The notes below the pieces were generated by a model. The model searched no databases. It saw nothing but the letters and a program-made list of their open reading frames with translations, and was not told the DNA's origin. From the NCBI GenBank assembly GCA_903927415.1, contig CAIYMZ010000115.1, forward strand, positions 1-50,968: a DNA stretch of 50,968 nt. Reading direction: 5' to 3'. Position numbers and translations under genes: made by a program. Source of the stretch: an uncultured Alphaproteobacteria bacterium (GTDB taxonomy: Bacteria; Pseudomonadota; Alphaproteobacteria; Rickettsiales; UBA1997). This document shows positions 7,790-16,081 of this stretch, piece by piece (position 1 is the first letter of the stretch; each line of letters starts with the position of its first letter).

Positions 7790-10700
7790 GTGAAAATTTT
7801 GCAGCAAAAATTCTTCAAAAAAAGCTCTTGCTCGCTGTTTTTTGTTACAATTTTTTTTGCCTCAAATTTTTTAATCACCAATTCTTACGCTGCGGTAGAT
7901 TACGGGATTGGACGAGTACGCGAATGCAATCCACTTGGACAACCAACAGACTACGATGAGGGGGAAGATAGGAATAAGAATGGAAGTGTTGGACTTAATT
8001 TTAATCCGACGAGCGGAGGCAAAGATGTGGAATTTGTTTTGTCAAATCCGGTATGCGTTGCAGTGATAGCCACAAGTTATGCTGCTACTAAAGCCGGCAT
8101 TGCTACAATGAATTACATTTGCGGAACTGGCAGCAAAATCCCCCGCGTGACTCCATCGCCGCTGATGGATGCAAAGGACCTTGTTAGAGCAGGGATAAAA
8201 GCAAGAACCAATGGCGCTTGTGCTGGCGCGGTTGCCGGAGCATCTGGCACATTCCTTGCCGCACTAGGAGAGTTGGGAATAATTTACGCAACCGCTACGC
8301 TAGCCTACAATAACACGGAAATTTGTGGTGCTAGTTGGATGAGTCCAAATCCCACACAATATAATTTTAGCTCTGGCGGCTATAAGCTGATAGTAAAAAC
8401 ACGTATCGATGGCTACATTCTGAGCGATCCATCAAAACTTACTTTGGATAACCCATTTTATCGCGAGTGGTATTACGGTGGAGTAGAGGTTGAGGATAAC
8501 CCAAATGATAGCGAGCCCTGTCCAGATGTCACACAAGAAAAACTTAAGGATGGAAAATATCCGCCACAAAAATTTTATCTCAAAGGCACCGAAACCGGCA
8601 ACTACAACTGCAAGCAATATGAAGTAAAGCCAGGAGTAACTATGCCGTCCGGGGTCACTCAAGATCAAATGAATGCAGCTTATGCCTGCTGCAAAAACAG
8701 AAGTCAGAATTACATTTGCATCAACTACAACGGCACAAAAAAATTCTGCAGAGGAGGAACTGACTGCACAATAAGAGGCATTACTTATTCTGCCAAATCA
8801 CTTGATAATGGACGCTTGATCTGCGCCGAAAGTTACAGTCTCTGTCCGTATAATTTTGCAATTGGAGGAGGCTCGGAATATTGCGATTATTACCGTGACG
8901 GCAAATGGGTTGAAAGTGAGCAACGCTGGAAAATGATTACTCCGGAAGCTGTCACTCTAGGACAATGCGCTCAAAATAGTGAGATCAGAGATCCAAACTG
9001 CACTTACAATGACAAGGCGGGAAAGTGCAGAAACTATTGCCAATATATGCGGCATTGTACCAAAACTTCTGACGCGGATTTCCACTATCAAAGCAGCCTA
9101 GGCTCCCCTTATTTTTCAGACGCATGTATAAACTTTGAGGGTGACTCTCTGAATAAAACAGCCTTCAAAGGTGGGTTTATTATTGGCAGTCAGAGACACT
9201 TCAGCGCCCCAATCGCACAATGTGTCAAAGAAACTCTGGAAAATGTTTTTTATAATCGCGCCGGTCACAGCAAATGTTCTAACTATAACGAATATCCAGA
9301 TTCTAATGGCGTGTGTATAAGTGGACAATATGAGACTAGAGGAGATTTCATTTACAAAGAAGGAAATCGGGTCAAGGACAAATCTTTTTTTACCATCGTA
9401 CAAGATACTCTGCAGCTAGCTGTAAAAATGACACTGACCTTATCGATCATGCTTTACGGCATGAATATTCTTTTGGGCAGAAACAGCATTGCCAATAAAA
9501 AAGATATTTTGGTTTATATTTTTAAGATTGGTGTGGTTATGTATTTTGCCACCGGAGATGCTTGGCAATCAATATTTTTCGATGGTGTTTATGGAGCTTC
9601 TGCAGAATTTTCACAGATGGTTTTCAAAATCGAAACTAGTCAATCAGAACTCAAAAGAGATGGATGTCAATTTGGTGAGATAACATTACAGGATGGAACT
9701 ATTTTGGAGTTTGGTAGATATCCTAAAGGTAAGGAATATCTGGCAATATGGGACACGCTTGATTGCAAAATAATGCATTATCTTGGCTTTGGTCCCGAGG
9801 TTTCAGCCGCCAATATCGTATCGCTGATTTTCGCTGGATTCTTTACTGGAGCAGTTGGAATTTATTTCGCATTGTCAGTGATGTTCTTCGGAATTTTTTT
9901 CATAGCCGCAACAATTCGAGCGCTGCATATTTTTCTTTCCTCTGCCTTATCGATCATAATTTTCGTCTTTGTTTCACCGATCATTATTCCGATGCTTTTA
10001 TTCACTAGAACCAAGGGTATTTTTGATAGTTGGTTAAAAGAACTGATCAGTTTCTGCTTACAGCCGATGATCCTTTTCGCTTACATTGCAATCTTCGTCA
10101 CAGTTTTAGACAGGTCGCTCATAGGCAGCGCAATTTACAAAGGAGAAGCACCATCCAAAGTGCTATCCTGCGCTGAAGTTTGCAAAAATTCCGATGGCAC
10201 CACCGTCCCTTACGTCAGGAAAAATGGACAGCTACAGCCGCCAGATTGCACCGAGTCAGGACAAAAACTTTTTGATCCGATAAATGACAGCGTCGCTTGC
10301 ATCATGAATGTCGATAAATTCGGCAAATTCCCAGGATTTGAGCTAATCGGTCTTTCCATTCCAATTTTAGTCGACTTACTCAAGGGTGATTCTGCAGCAA
10401 AAATTCTGCTCATGTTCAAAGGAGCATTGATCATGTATTTGCTCTACAAATTCATGGATGAAATACCTGGCATCACCACCAGTTTGATCGGCGGAACTCC
10501 GTTACCGGGAGCAGCTCCTAACGCTGTGGATATGTTCAAAAAAGTTGCCAAATTTGCTGCAGAAGCACAAAAACGCGCTACTCGTGCAACTGGGAAAATT
10601 CTCAAAAAAGGTGGCAAAGGCGCTAAAGACCTTGCCAGTAAAGCTGGTAATAAAGGCAAATCCACCGCTGGAAACAAAGATTCTGGAGGCGATCATGCTG

Positions 10701-10807
10701 GTGCATCAGGAGGTGGAGGTAGTGATAGTGCCGGAGGAAGTGAGCAAAGAGCTGATGCGGCTGGAAGTGGTGGTGGAGGTAAGGGCGATGATTCTGCGGA
10801 TAAATAA
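7790..10807 (+). CDS. virB6: Enlarged VirB6/TrbL-like T4SS inner-membrane protein with Cys-rich N-terminal domain and Gly/Ser/Lys-rich tail
   Basis: 1005 aa with a GTG start. Signal or anchor segment, then about 500 aa containing 24 Cys. A cluster of hydrophobic helices spans residues about 540-900, as in VirB6/TrbL. Sits immediately after virB4, as in rvh clusters. Confidence 0.7.
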   Translation: MKILQQKFFKKSSCSLFFVTIFFASNFLITNSYAAVDYGIGRVRECNPLGQPTDYDEGEDRNKNGSVGLNFNPTSGGKDVEFVLSNPVCVAVIATSYAATKAGIATMNYICGTGSKIPRVTPSPLMDAKDLVRAGIKARTNGACAGAVAGASGTFLAALGELGIIYATATLAYNNTEICGASWMSPNPTQYNFSSGGYKLIVKTRIDGYILSDPSKLTLDNPFYREWYYGGVEVEDNPNDSEPCPDVTQEKLKDGKYPPQKFYLKGTETGNYNCKQYEVKPGVTMPSGVTQDQMNAAYACCKNRSQNYICINYNGTKKFCRGGTDCTIRGITYSAKSLDNGRLICAESYSLCPYNFAIGGGSEYCDYYRDGKWVESEQRWKMITPEAVTLGQCAQNSEIRDPNCTYNDKAGKCRNYCQYMRHCTKTSDADFHYQSSLGSPYFSDACINFEGDSLNKTAFKGGFIIGSQRHFSAPIAQCVKETLENVFYNRAGHSKCSNYNEYPDSNGVCISGQYETRGDFIYKEGNRVKDKSFFTIVQDTLQLAVKMTLTLSIMLYGMNILLGRNSIANKKDILVYIFKIGVVMYFATGDAWQSIFFDGVYGASAEFSQMVFKIETSQSELKRDGCQFGEITLQDGTILEFGRYPKGKEYLAIWDTLDCKIMHYLGFGPEVSAANIVSLIFAGFFTGAVGIYFALSVMFFGIFFIAATIRALHIFLSSALSIIIFVFVSPIIIPMLLFTRTKGIFDSWLKELISFCLQPMILFAYIAIFVTVLDRSLIGSAIYKGEAPSKVLSCAEVCKNSDGTTVPYVRKNGQLQPPDCTESGQKLFDPINDSVACIMNVDKFGKFPGFELIGLSIPILVDLLKGDSAAKILLMFKGALIMYLLYKFMDEIPGITTSLIGGTPLPGAAPNAVDMFKKVAKFAAEAQKRATRATGKILKKGGKGAKDLASKAGNKGKSTAGNKDSGGDHAGASGGGGSDSAGGSEQRADAAGSGGGGKGDDSADK

Positions 10808-10813
10808 TCAAAG

Positions 10814-10888
10814 TGGTGCTGCCAAGTGGAATCGAACCACCGACCTCTTCATTACCAATGAAGTGCTCTACCCCTGAGCTATGGCAGC
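10814..10888 (-). tRNA. tRNA-Thr (anticodon GGU), CCA encoded
   Basis: Manual cloverleaf: acceptor GCTGCCA/TGGCAGC, D arm GCTC-AGGGGTA-GAGC, anticodon arm CTTCA-TTGGTAA-TGAAG, T arm GGTGG-TTCGATT-CCACT, discriminator A, CCA. Confidence 0.93.
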
Positions 10889-10898
10889 GCGGACGCGC

Positions 10899-10926
10899 AT
10901 TAAAAGTGGTGATTGCTATTTGTCAA
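10899..10926 (-). promoter_or_regulatory. Sigma-70-type promoter of tRNA-Thr
   Basis: On the minus strand, TTGACA-N16-TTTAAT is followed by the GC-rich discriminator GCGCGTCC, then the tRNA 5' end. Confidence 0.5.
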
Positions 10927-10939
10927 TTTACTCAACTTG

Positions 10940-11212
10940 CTATTCAACAACATAGGTCAACGCCTCTCTTCTGCGCACCAAAATATATTTTTTGTCCCAA
11001 AAAGTTGTATAAACATAAACGCTGTCACCGGTTCGATAATGACAGCCAAACATTTTAGCTGCTTTTTTTGCATCAATATTTTGCGCTAAAACGGTGCCAA
11101 ACGTGTTATACATTAATTGCGCATCATATTGCGTTTTCGGAGATTCCGGCATGCACATCATACTTTCGCAAGAAACTGTTAACAAAAAAATTCCAGCTAA
11201 AAAAAATTTCAT
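10940..11212 (-). CDS. Small hypothetical lipoprotein
   Basis: 90 aa. MKFFLAGIFLLTVSCES carries a lipobox-like LTVSC. Its start overlaps the ubiE stop (TCAT 11209-11212, i.e. ATGA). Confidence 0.55.
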   Translation of the reverse strand: MKFFLAGIFLLTVSCESMMCMPESPKTQYDAQLMYNTFGTVLAQNIDAKKAAKMFGCHYRTGDSVYVYTTFWDKKYILVRRREALTYVVE

Positions 11213-12048
11213 TTTATTCCGATGTGAATTGTGGCAGCGCCGAAAGATAAATTTTTATAGGAAACATTTTTAAATCCCGCCGTCTCAATCATTTTTTTAA
11301 ATTCATTTTGCGGCGGAAATTTGCGGATTGATTCAACGAGATATTGGTAGGAAGCGCGATCATTCAAAACCACTTCACCGATTTTTGGAATTATTTTGAA
11401 CGAGTAAGCGTCGTAAATTTTTTGCAAAAAATAATCATTCACTTTCGAAAATTCTAAGCAGATGAATTTTCCATTTGGCTTCAAAACGCGATAGGCTTCG
11501 GATAGCGCCAAATCTATGTTGGTGAAGTTTCTAATTCCAAAAGCAATCGTAAAAAAATCGAAAGTTTCATCAGCAAAAGAAAGTTTTTCTCCGTCACAAC
11601 AAGTGAATTTTAAATCAGAAAAAAGATTCAGATCAACCGCACGTGCCTTACCAACATCAAGCATTTCCTGATTAATATCGACCACATCAATCAAAAATTT
11701 TTGCCCATCCGCCCGAAATTTTTTCGCAATCCGAAAAGCTACATCCCCCGTTCCGCCAGCCAAATCAATCACCTTTACCAACCCCCCATCCCCCTTGATA
11801 AGGGGGAGGTCGCACATTCGTTCGCTTTGCTCACTTCGCGTCGACTTCTTGTCTAACCAAAACTCCGAATTTGCGAAAGTAATTTCCTCCACCATTTTAT
11901 TTTTCCAAACCCGATGAATCCCACCACTCATCAAGTCATTCATCAGATCATATTTTTTTGCCACACCGGAAAAAATTTCTTTGACAAGACCAGCCTTTTT
12001 CTCACGATCCACCTGCTTAAATCCAAAATGTGTTTTGCTTGATTCCAT
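11209..12048 (-). CDS. ubiE: Ubiquinone/menaquinone biosynthesis C-methyltransferase UbiE, carrying an in-frame insertion
   Basis: 279 aa. Motifs HFGFKQV, YDLMNDLMSGGIHRVWK, VIDLAGGTGD (SAM motif I) and RVLKPNGKFICLEFS. Confidence 0.9.
   Translation of the reverse strand: MESSKTHFGFKQVDREKKAGLVKEIFSGVAKKYDLMNDLMSGGIHRVWKNKMVEEITFANSEFWLDKKSTRSEQSERMCDLPLIKGDGGLVKVIDLAGGTGDVAFRIAKKFRADGQKFLIDVVDINQEMLDVGKARAVDLNLFSDLKFTCCDGEKLSFADETFDFFTIAFGIRNFTNIDLALSEAYRVLKPNGKFICLEFSKVNDYFLQKIYDAYSFKIIPKIGEVVLNDRASYQYLVESIRKFPPQNEFKKMIETAGFKNVSYKNLSFGAATIHIGIK
11780..11880. repeat. Palindromic-repeat-derived segment in-frame within ubiE
   Basis: Hairpin CCCCCTTGATAAGGGGG at 11790-11806. GTGAGCAAAGCG on the sense strand resembles the family-E core GCGAGCAAAGCG. 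The spacing between RVWK and VIDLAGGTGD is 42 aa here versus 13 aa in E. coli UbiE. Confidence 0.6.
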
Positions 12049-13081
12049 GTTAAAAACTTCCGATTTCGATTTTTATTTGCCGCCAGAATTAATTGCGCAG
12101 ACACCATTTTTTCCCAAAGAAAAAACCAAAATGCTAATTTGCAAAGACGGTGCGATTCTTGATTCGCAAGTAATCAAGCTCCCAGATTTTTTGCAAGAAG
12201 GAGATGTCTTGGTTTTCAACGATGCGCGCGTGATCAAAGCAAAATTGTCGGGAGAAATTTTAAGAAATTCGGCACGATTGGATTTCAATTTAGATCAAGA
12301 GAATCAAGGCCTCTGGCGGGCTTTATGTCGTCCGGCGAAAAAAGTAAAAATTGGCGATAAAATAAAAATCTCTACGGATTTTTTTGCTGAAGTTTTAGAA
12401 AAAACTGACGACGGATTTATCAAAATTAAATTTGATTGCGGTGAGGAAGAATTGCTGACAAAGCTGGAAAAATATGGCGCGGTGCCGCTTCCGCCTTACA
12501 TAAAAAGGGGGGCGATAGGCGAAGATGATCAGGAAAATTACCAAACAATTTACGCTGCGAATGGGGTTGCGGTTGCGGCGCCGACGGCTGGTTTACATTT
12601 TAATGAAAAAATTTTTGCGGCGCTGGATGCAAAAAAAATCGAGAAAGTTTTTGTCACGCTCAATGTCGGTGCCGGCACGTTTTTACCGGTGCGAAGTGAG
12701 TTTTTGAAAGATCACAAAATGCACTGCGAATTTTTTTCAATCTCAGAATCTGCGGCAGAAAAAATTAATTTTGCAAAAAAATCTGGCAAAAAAATTGTCG
12801 CAATTGGCACAACTTCACTGCGAGTTTTAGAATCTGCCGCAGATGAAAATGGCCTCGTCAAACCAATGTCTGCACACACAGAAATTTTTATCCATCCACC
12901 TTACAAATTTAAAATCACCGATATTTTGCTGACAAATTTTCACCTTCCAAAATCAACTTTATTCATGCTGGTCTGCGCCTTTGTTGAAAAAGAAAAAGCA
13001 TTTGAGCTTTACAACCACGCCATCTCACAAAATTACCGCTTTTATTCTTACGGTGATTCTTCGCTGCTTTTTAAATCGTAA
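12047..13081 (+). CDS. queA: S-adenosylmethionine:tRNA ribosyltransferase-isomerase
   Basis: MLKTSDFDFYLPPELIAQTP is a typical QueA N-terminus. Also PLPPYIKR, YQTIYA and AAPTAGLHF. The 22 codons upstream in the ORF track are rejected. Confidence 0.92.
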   Translation: MLKTSDFDFYLPPELIAQTPFFPKEKTKMLICKDGAILDSQVIKLPDFLQEGDVLVFNDARVIKAKLSGEILRNSARLDFNLDQENQGLWRALCRPAKKVKIGDKIKISTDFFAEVLEKTDDGFIKIKFDCGEEELLTKLEKYGAVPLPPYIKRGAIGEDDQENYQTIYAANGVAVAAPTAGLHFNEKIFAALDAKKIEKVFVTLNVGAGTFLPVRSEFLKDHKMHCEFFSISESAAEKINFAKKSGKKIVAIGTTSLRVLESAADENGLVKPMSAHTEIFIHPPYKFKITDILLTNFHLPKSTLFMLVCAFVEKEKAFELYNHAISQNYRFYSYGDSSLLFKS

Positions 13082-13139
13082 AAACCCGCCGCTCTCCATA
13101 ACCAACGCGATTATTTTTTAGCTTTGGGAAAGAAGGACT

Positions 13140-13676
13140 TTAATAAGAATTAGCCAACCATCCTGGCAGTGAATTATCTTTTTGCGGCTGAACACGGATC
13201 AAAGAACTAGGAAAAGTTTTTGGATGTTCACTCAAATAGTGCTCACGAGACATTGTTAAAATTTGCTCCATTCTACGAGTCTTGCCGCCGATGTCGGGAG
13301 CGTCGCTGCTCACAATTTCCAAATCATCCTGGTCGAGATAAATCTGCACGTAATTGTAAGTTGTTGAGTCCAACATGCTTGGCAAGTTTTGTTTGGTGAA
13401 ATGAAATTCTTTTTTCACCATTTCACCGCTAGCATTTTCCCACGACATCGTAATCAAACCAAAAAAATCAGAATTTTCTTTGAGGTAGAAAGACTGACTT
13501 CTACTATCTCCCGGATTCAGCACTGGCAGGCTCAACACATTTTTTTTAACCCAGCTGCATTGAATATTTTTAACTGGCTGCGGACTGGCATTACTGAAAT
13601 AAATAACGGGACTTTCGTGCAAGCCCCCACAGGAAGTCACAAAAAATAAAGTCAGAAAAAATAAAAAATTTTTCAT
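13140..13676 (-). CDS. Hypothetical lipoprotein
   Basis: 178 aa. MKNFLFFLTLFFVTSCGG carries a lipobox. Its start overlaps the stop of the upstream glycosyltransferase gene. Confidence 0.55.
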   Translation of the reverse strand: MKNFLFFLTLFFVTSCGGLHESPVIYFSNASPQPVKNIQCSWVKKNVLSLPVLNPGDSRSQSFYLKENSDFFGLITMSWENASGEMVKKEFHFTKQNLPSMLDSTTYNYVQIYLDQDDLEIVSSDAPDIGGKTRRMEQILTMSREHYLSEHPKTFPSSLIRVQPQKDNSLPGWLANSY

Positions 13677-14449
13677 TTTTTTTCTTGAAATAATTCACGA
13701 GTTTTAATGGCTTTAGCAAGACGCGATAAGGCAAATAGATGGCTATAAATCACACCATTCAAACCGTAGATAAAATAACGACGTAGAAAAAAAGCTTTCA
13801 GAAAAGCAAGTATCGGGATAAAAAAAACTTTTGACAGCGATGGGCATTCTCCTTTTTTAAAACTATCTTCCGCCTGCATTTGCGAGTAAGAATTTATTTT
13901 TTCGATCCAATGTGCAAATGAACGAAAAGATTGGTGATAGATGATGTTTTTCAACTGACCGATTTTCTCCGGCTTATTGTCTTTTAACTCAACGGAATCG
14001 TGGATTGAACTATTTTTAAAACCAGCAAACTCTTTGTTGTAAAGACGAAGTTGGTTGTAGTAGTAAGCAAATCTTTTTGGCTTTTTTTCGAAGCGAAATT
14101 TATTGACGATCTTCACACGAAATCCCCAAAAATTTTTGTGACTTTTTTCAGCAAAAATTTTCTCAATTTCATCACATAGCTCTGGCGAAACTTCTTCGTC
14201 AGCATCAAGGTTTAAAATCCATTTATTGCGACACTGATTTTCACCAAAAATTTTTTGCTGACCATATCCACGCCATTTATTGAACATCACTTTCGCACCG
14301 GCTTTAACGGCTATAGCACAGGTTTCATCTTCACTTCCGGAATCAATCACTAAAACTTCATCAGCAATTTTTTTGACAGCATGGATTATTCCGGAAATAC
14401 GATCTGCCTCATTTTTTGTGATGATAAAAATGGATAATGGAATCCTCAT
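13673..14449 (-). CDS. Family 2 glycosyltransferase (LPS-core WaaE/KdtX-like)
   Basis: 258 aa. LSIFIITKNEADRI, VLVIDSGSEDET and LNLDADEE (DxD). Confidence 0.75.
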   Translation of the reverse strand: MRIPLSIFIITKNEADRISGIIHAVKKIADEVLVIDSGSEDETCAIAVKAGAKVMFNKWRGYGQQKIFGENQCRNKWILNLDADEEVSPELCDEIEKIFAEKSHKNFWGFRVKIVNKFRFEKKPKRFAYYYNQLRLYNKEFAGFKNSSIHDSVELKDNKPEKIGQLKNIIYHQSFRSFAHWIEKINSYSQMQAEDSFKKGECPSLSKVFFIPILAFLKAFFLRRYFIYGLNGVIYSHLFALSRLAKAIKTRELFQEKK

Positions 14450-14533
14450 AAAATCGTTGATTTACTTGTGATTAAAAATATTTCTTTATCATCAAATTCC
14501 CCCAATTCGCAGTCAACTATTTCATAAAATTTT

Positions 14534-15316
14534 ATGAACAAAAAATCTAAAAAACTCACCGTCATTTCTGTTGCGATACTTCTGCTAATCGGATTTGCAG
14601 CACTTGTTGTTCATAACTACAAAACCAAAACTTCTTTCAAATATAATTCCAAAAGTGCCGCGGAAATTAAGCCAGAACAACATCCTCAGGATGCAGTTAG
14701 TGCCGCAGTAAATGCAGATGCGGCCTCTCTTGCCGAAGCACGCAAAAATAGTAATTTGCTAAAAATATTGCCTACAGATTTTGTTTTGGGCGATAAAAAA
14801 GCATCGGTGCTTATCATCGAGTATGCCTCGCTTTCTTGCCCGCATTGTGCCTCTTTCACTCGCGAATCTTTCGAAAAATTAAAAAGTGAATATATCGATT
14901 CCGGCAAGGCACAATTTATCTTCCGCGATTTTCCATTGAATCAAGCCGCTCTCACCGCCGCAATGTTTGCCATGTGTCAAGCTCATGACAATAAAGCCGA
15001 ATTGCCGGAAAAATATTTTTTCACTTTGAAAGCTTTGTTTAAAACTCAAGACTCTTGGGCCTTCGATGAAAAATATACTGAGAAGTTGGAGGCCATCGCC
15101 AAGCTCGATGGCATGAGCTCCGAAAGGTTTAAAAAATGCATCAATGACAAAGAATTACAGGACAAAATTTTAGCCGCCAGAATGGATGCGGCTAAAACTT
15201 TGCAACTCAAATCAACCCCAAGTTTCTTCATCAATGACGAGGTTTCGGAAGGTTATGTTGACTACTTAACACTGAAAAAATTGATCGATAAAAAATTGGC
15301 AGAAACGGCGAAATAA
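14534..15316 (+). CDS. DsbA-family thiol:disulfide oxidoreductase, membrane-anchored
   Basis: 260 aa. N-terminal TM segment. Thioredoxin-fold active site SLSCPHCASF. STPSFFIN lies near the C-terminus. Confidence 0.8.
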   Translation: MNKKSKKLTVISVAILLLIGFAALVVHNYKTKTSFKYNSKSAAEIKPEQHPQDAVSAAVNADAASLAEARKNSNLLKILPTDFVLGDKKASVLIIEYASLSCPHCASFTRESFEKLKSEYIDSGKAQFIFRDFPLNQAALTAAMFAMCQAHDNKAELPEKYFFTLKALFKTQDSWAFDEKYTEKLEAIAKLDGMSSERFKKCINDKELQDKILAARMDAAKTLQLKSTPSFFINDEVSEGYVDYLTLKKLIDKKLAETAK

Positions 15317-16081
15317 ATGACTTCCAAACTTCTCATAAAAAATCTCACAAAAAATTTCGGTGAAAAAAAAGTTTTAACCGGCATTGATTTGGAAGTGAAT
15401 AAAGGTGAATCAATTGTAATTTTGGGTGGCTCGGGAAGTGGAAAATCTGTCCTCATCAAAATCATCGCAACCCTCATAGTTCCTACCTCGGGAAGCATTC
15501 AAATTGATGGGGAAGAAGTGGCAAATATAAGCGCCAAAAATCGCGACAAACTGATGGAAAAATTTGGATTTTTATTTCAAGGCGGCGCTCTTTTCGACTC
15601 ACTTTCAGTTTGGGAAAACATCGCCTTCCGTTTGCTCTACCACCAAAAAATGAACAAAAAAGATGCGCGCGAGATTGCGCTGCAAAAATTAAAAGCGGTG
15701 GGCTTAAGCGAAAAAACTGCAGATCTTTTTCCATCCGAACTTTCCGGCGGCATGCAAAAACGTGCTTCACTTGCACGCGCCATCGCCGCCAATCCAGAAA
15801 TTATTTTCTTCGATGAACCCACGACTGGCCTTGATCCAATCATGGCTGACGTCATTAACGATCTCATCATTTCCAACTCAAAACAACTTGGGGCAACCAC
15901 CATCACCATCACTCACGACATGAATTCTGCCCGCAAAATCGCTGATAAAATTGCGATGCTTTATGAGGGGAAAATAATTTGGTTCGGCGACGTCAAAGAC
16001 ATGTATTCGTCAGGCAATCCCTATCTTGATCAATTCATCCACGGCCGCGCTGAAGGGCCAATAAATTTTTTAGCTAAATGA
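15317..16081 (+). CDS. mlaF: ABC transporter ATP-binding protein, MlaF-like
   Basis: 254 aa. Walker A GGSGSGKS, signature LSGGMQKR, Walker B IIFFDEPTTGLD. The C-terminal YLDQFIHG is typical of MlaF/Ttg2A. Confidence 0.75.
   Translation: MTSKLLIKNLTKNFGEKKVLTGIDLEVNKGESIVILGGSGSGKSVLIKIIATLIVPTSGSIQIDGEEVANISAKNRDKLMEKFGFLFQGGALFDSLSVWENIAFRLLYHQKMNKKDAREIALQKLKAVGLSEKTADLFPSELSGGMQKRASLARAIAANPEIIFFDEPTTGLDPIMADVINDLIISNSKQLGATTITITHDMNSARKIADKIAMLYEGKIIWFGDVKDMYSSGNPYLDQFIHGRAEGPINFLAK

Noticed and set aside
11981-12046. N-terminal extensions offered by the ORF track for queA (11981), dnaG (36627), ppiA (44462), ssb (44411), nuoG (44991), gshB (26633), rdgB (47684), rpoD (38507) and tolB (3333).
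   Set aside because: In each case a downstream ATG gives an N-terminus matching the family consensus. It often has a better SD or a signal peptide, and it removes overlap with the neighbouring gene. The extensions are non-conserved-looking sequence.
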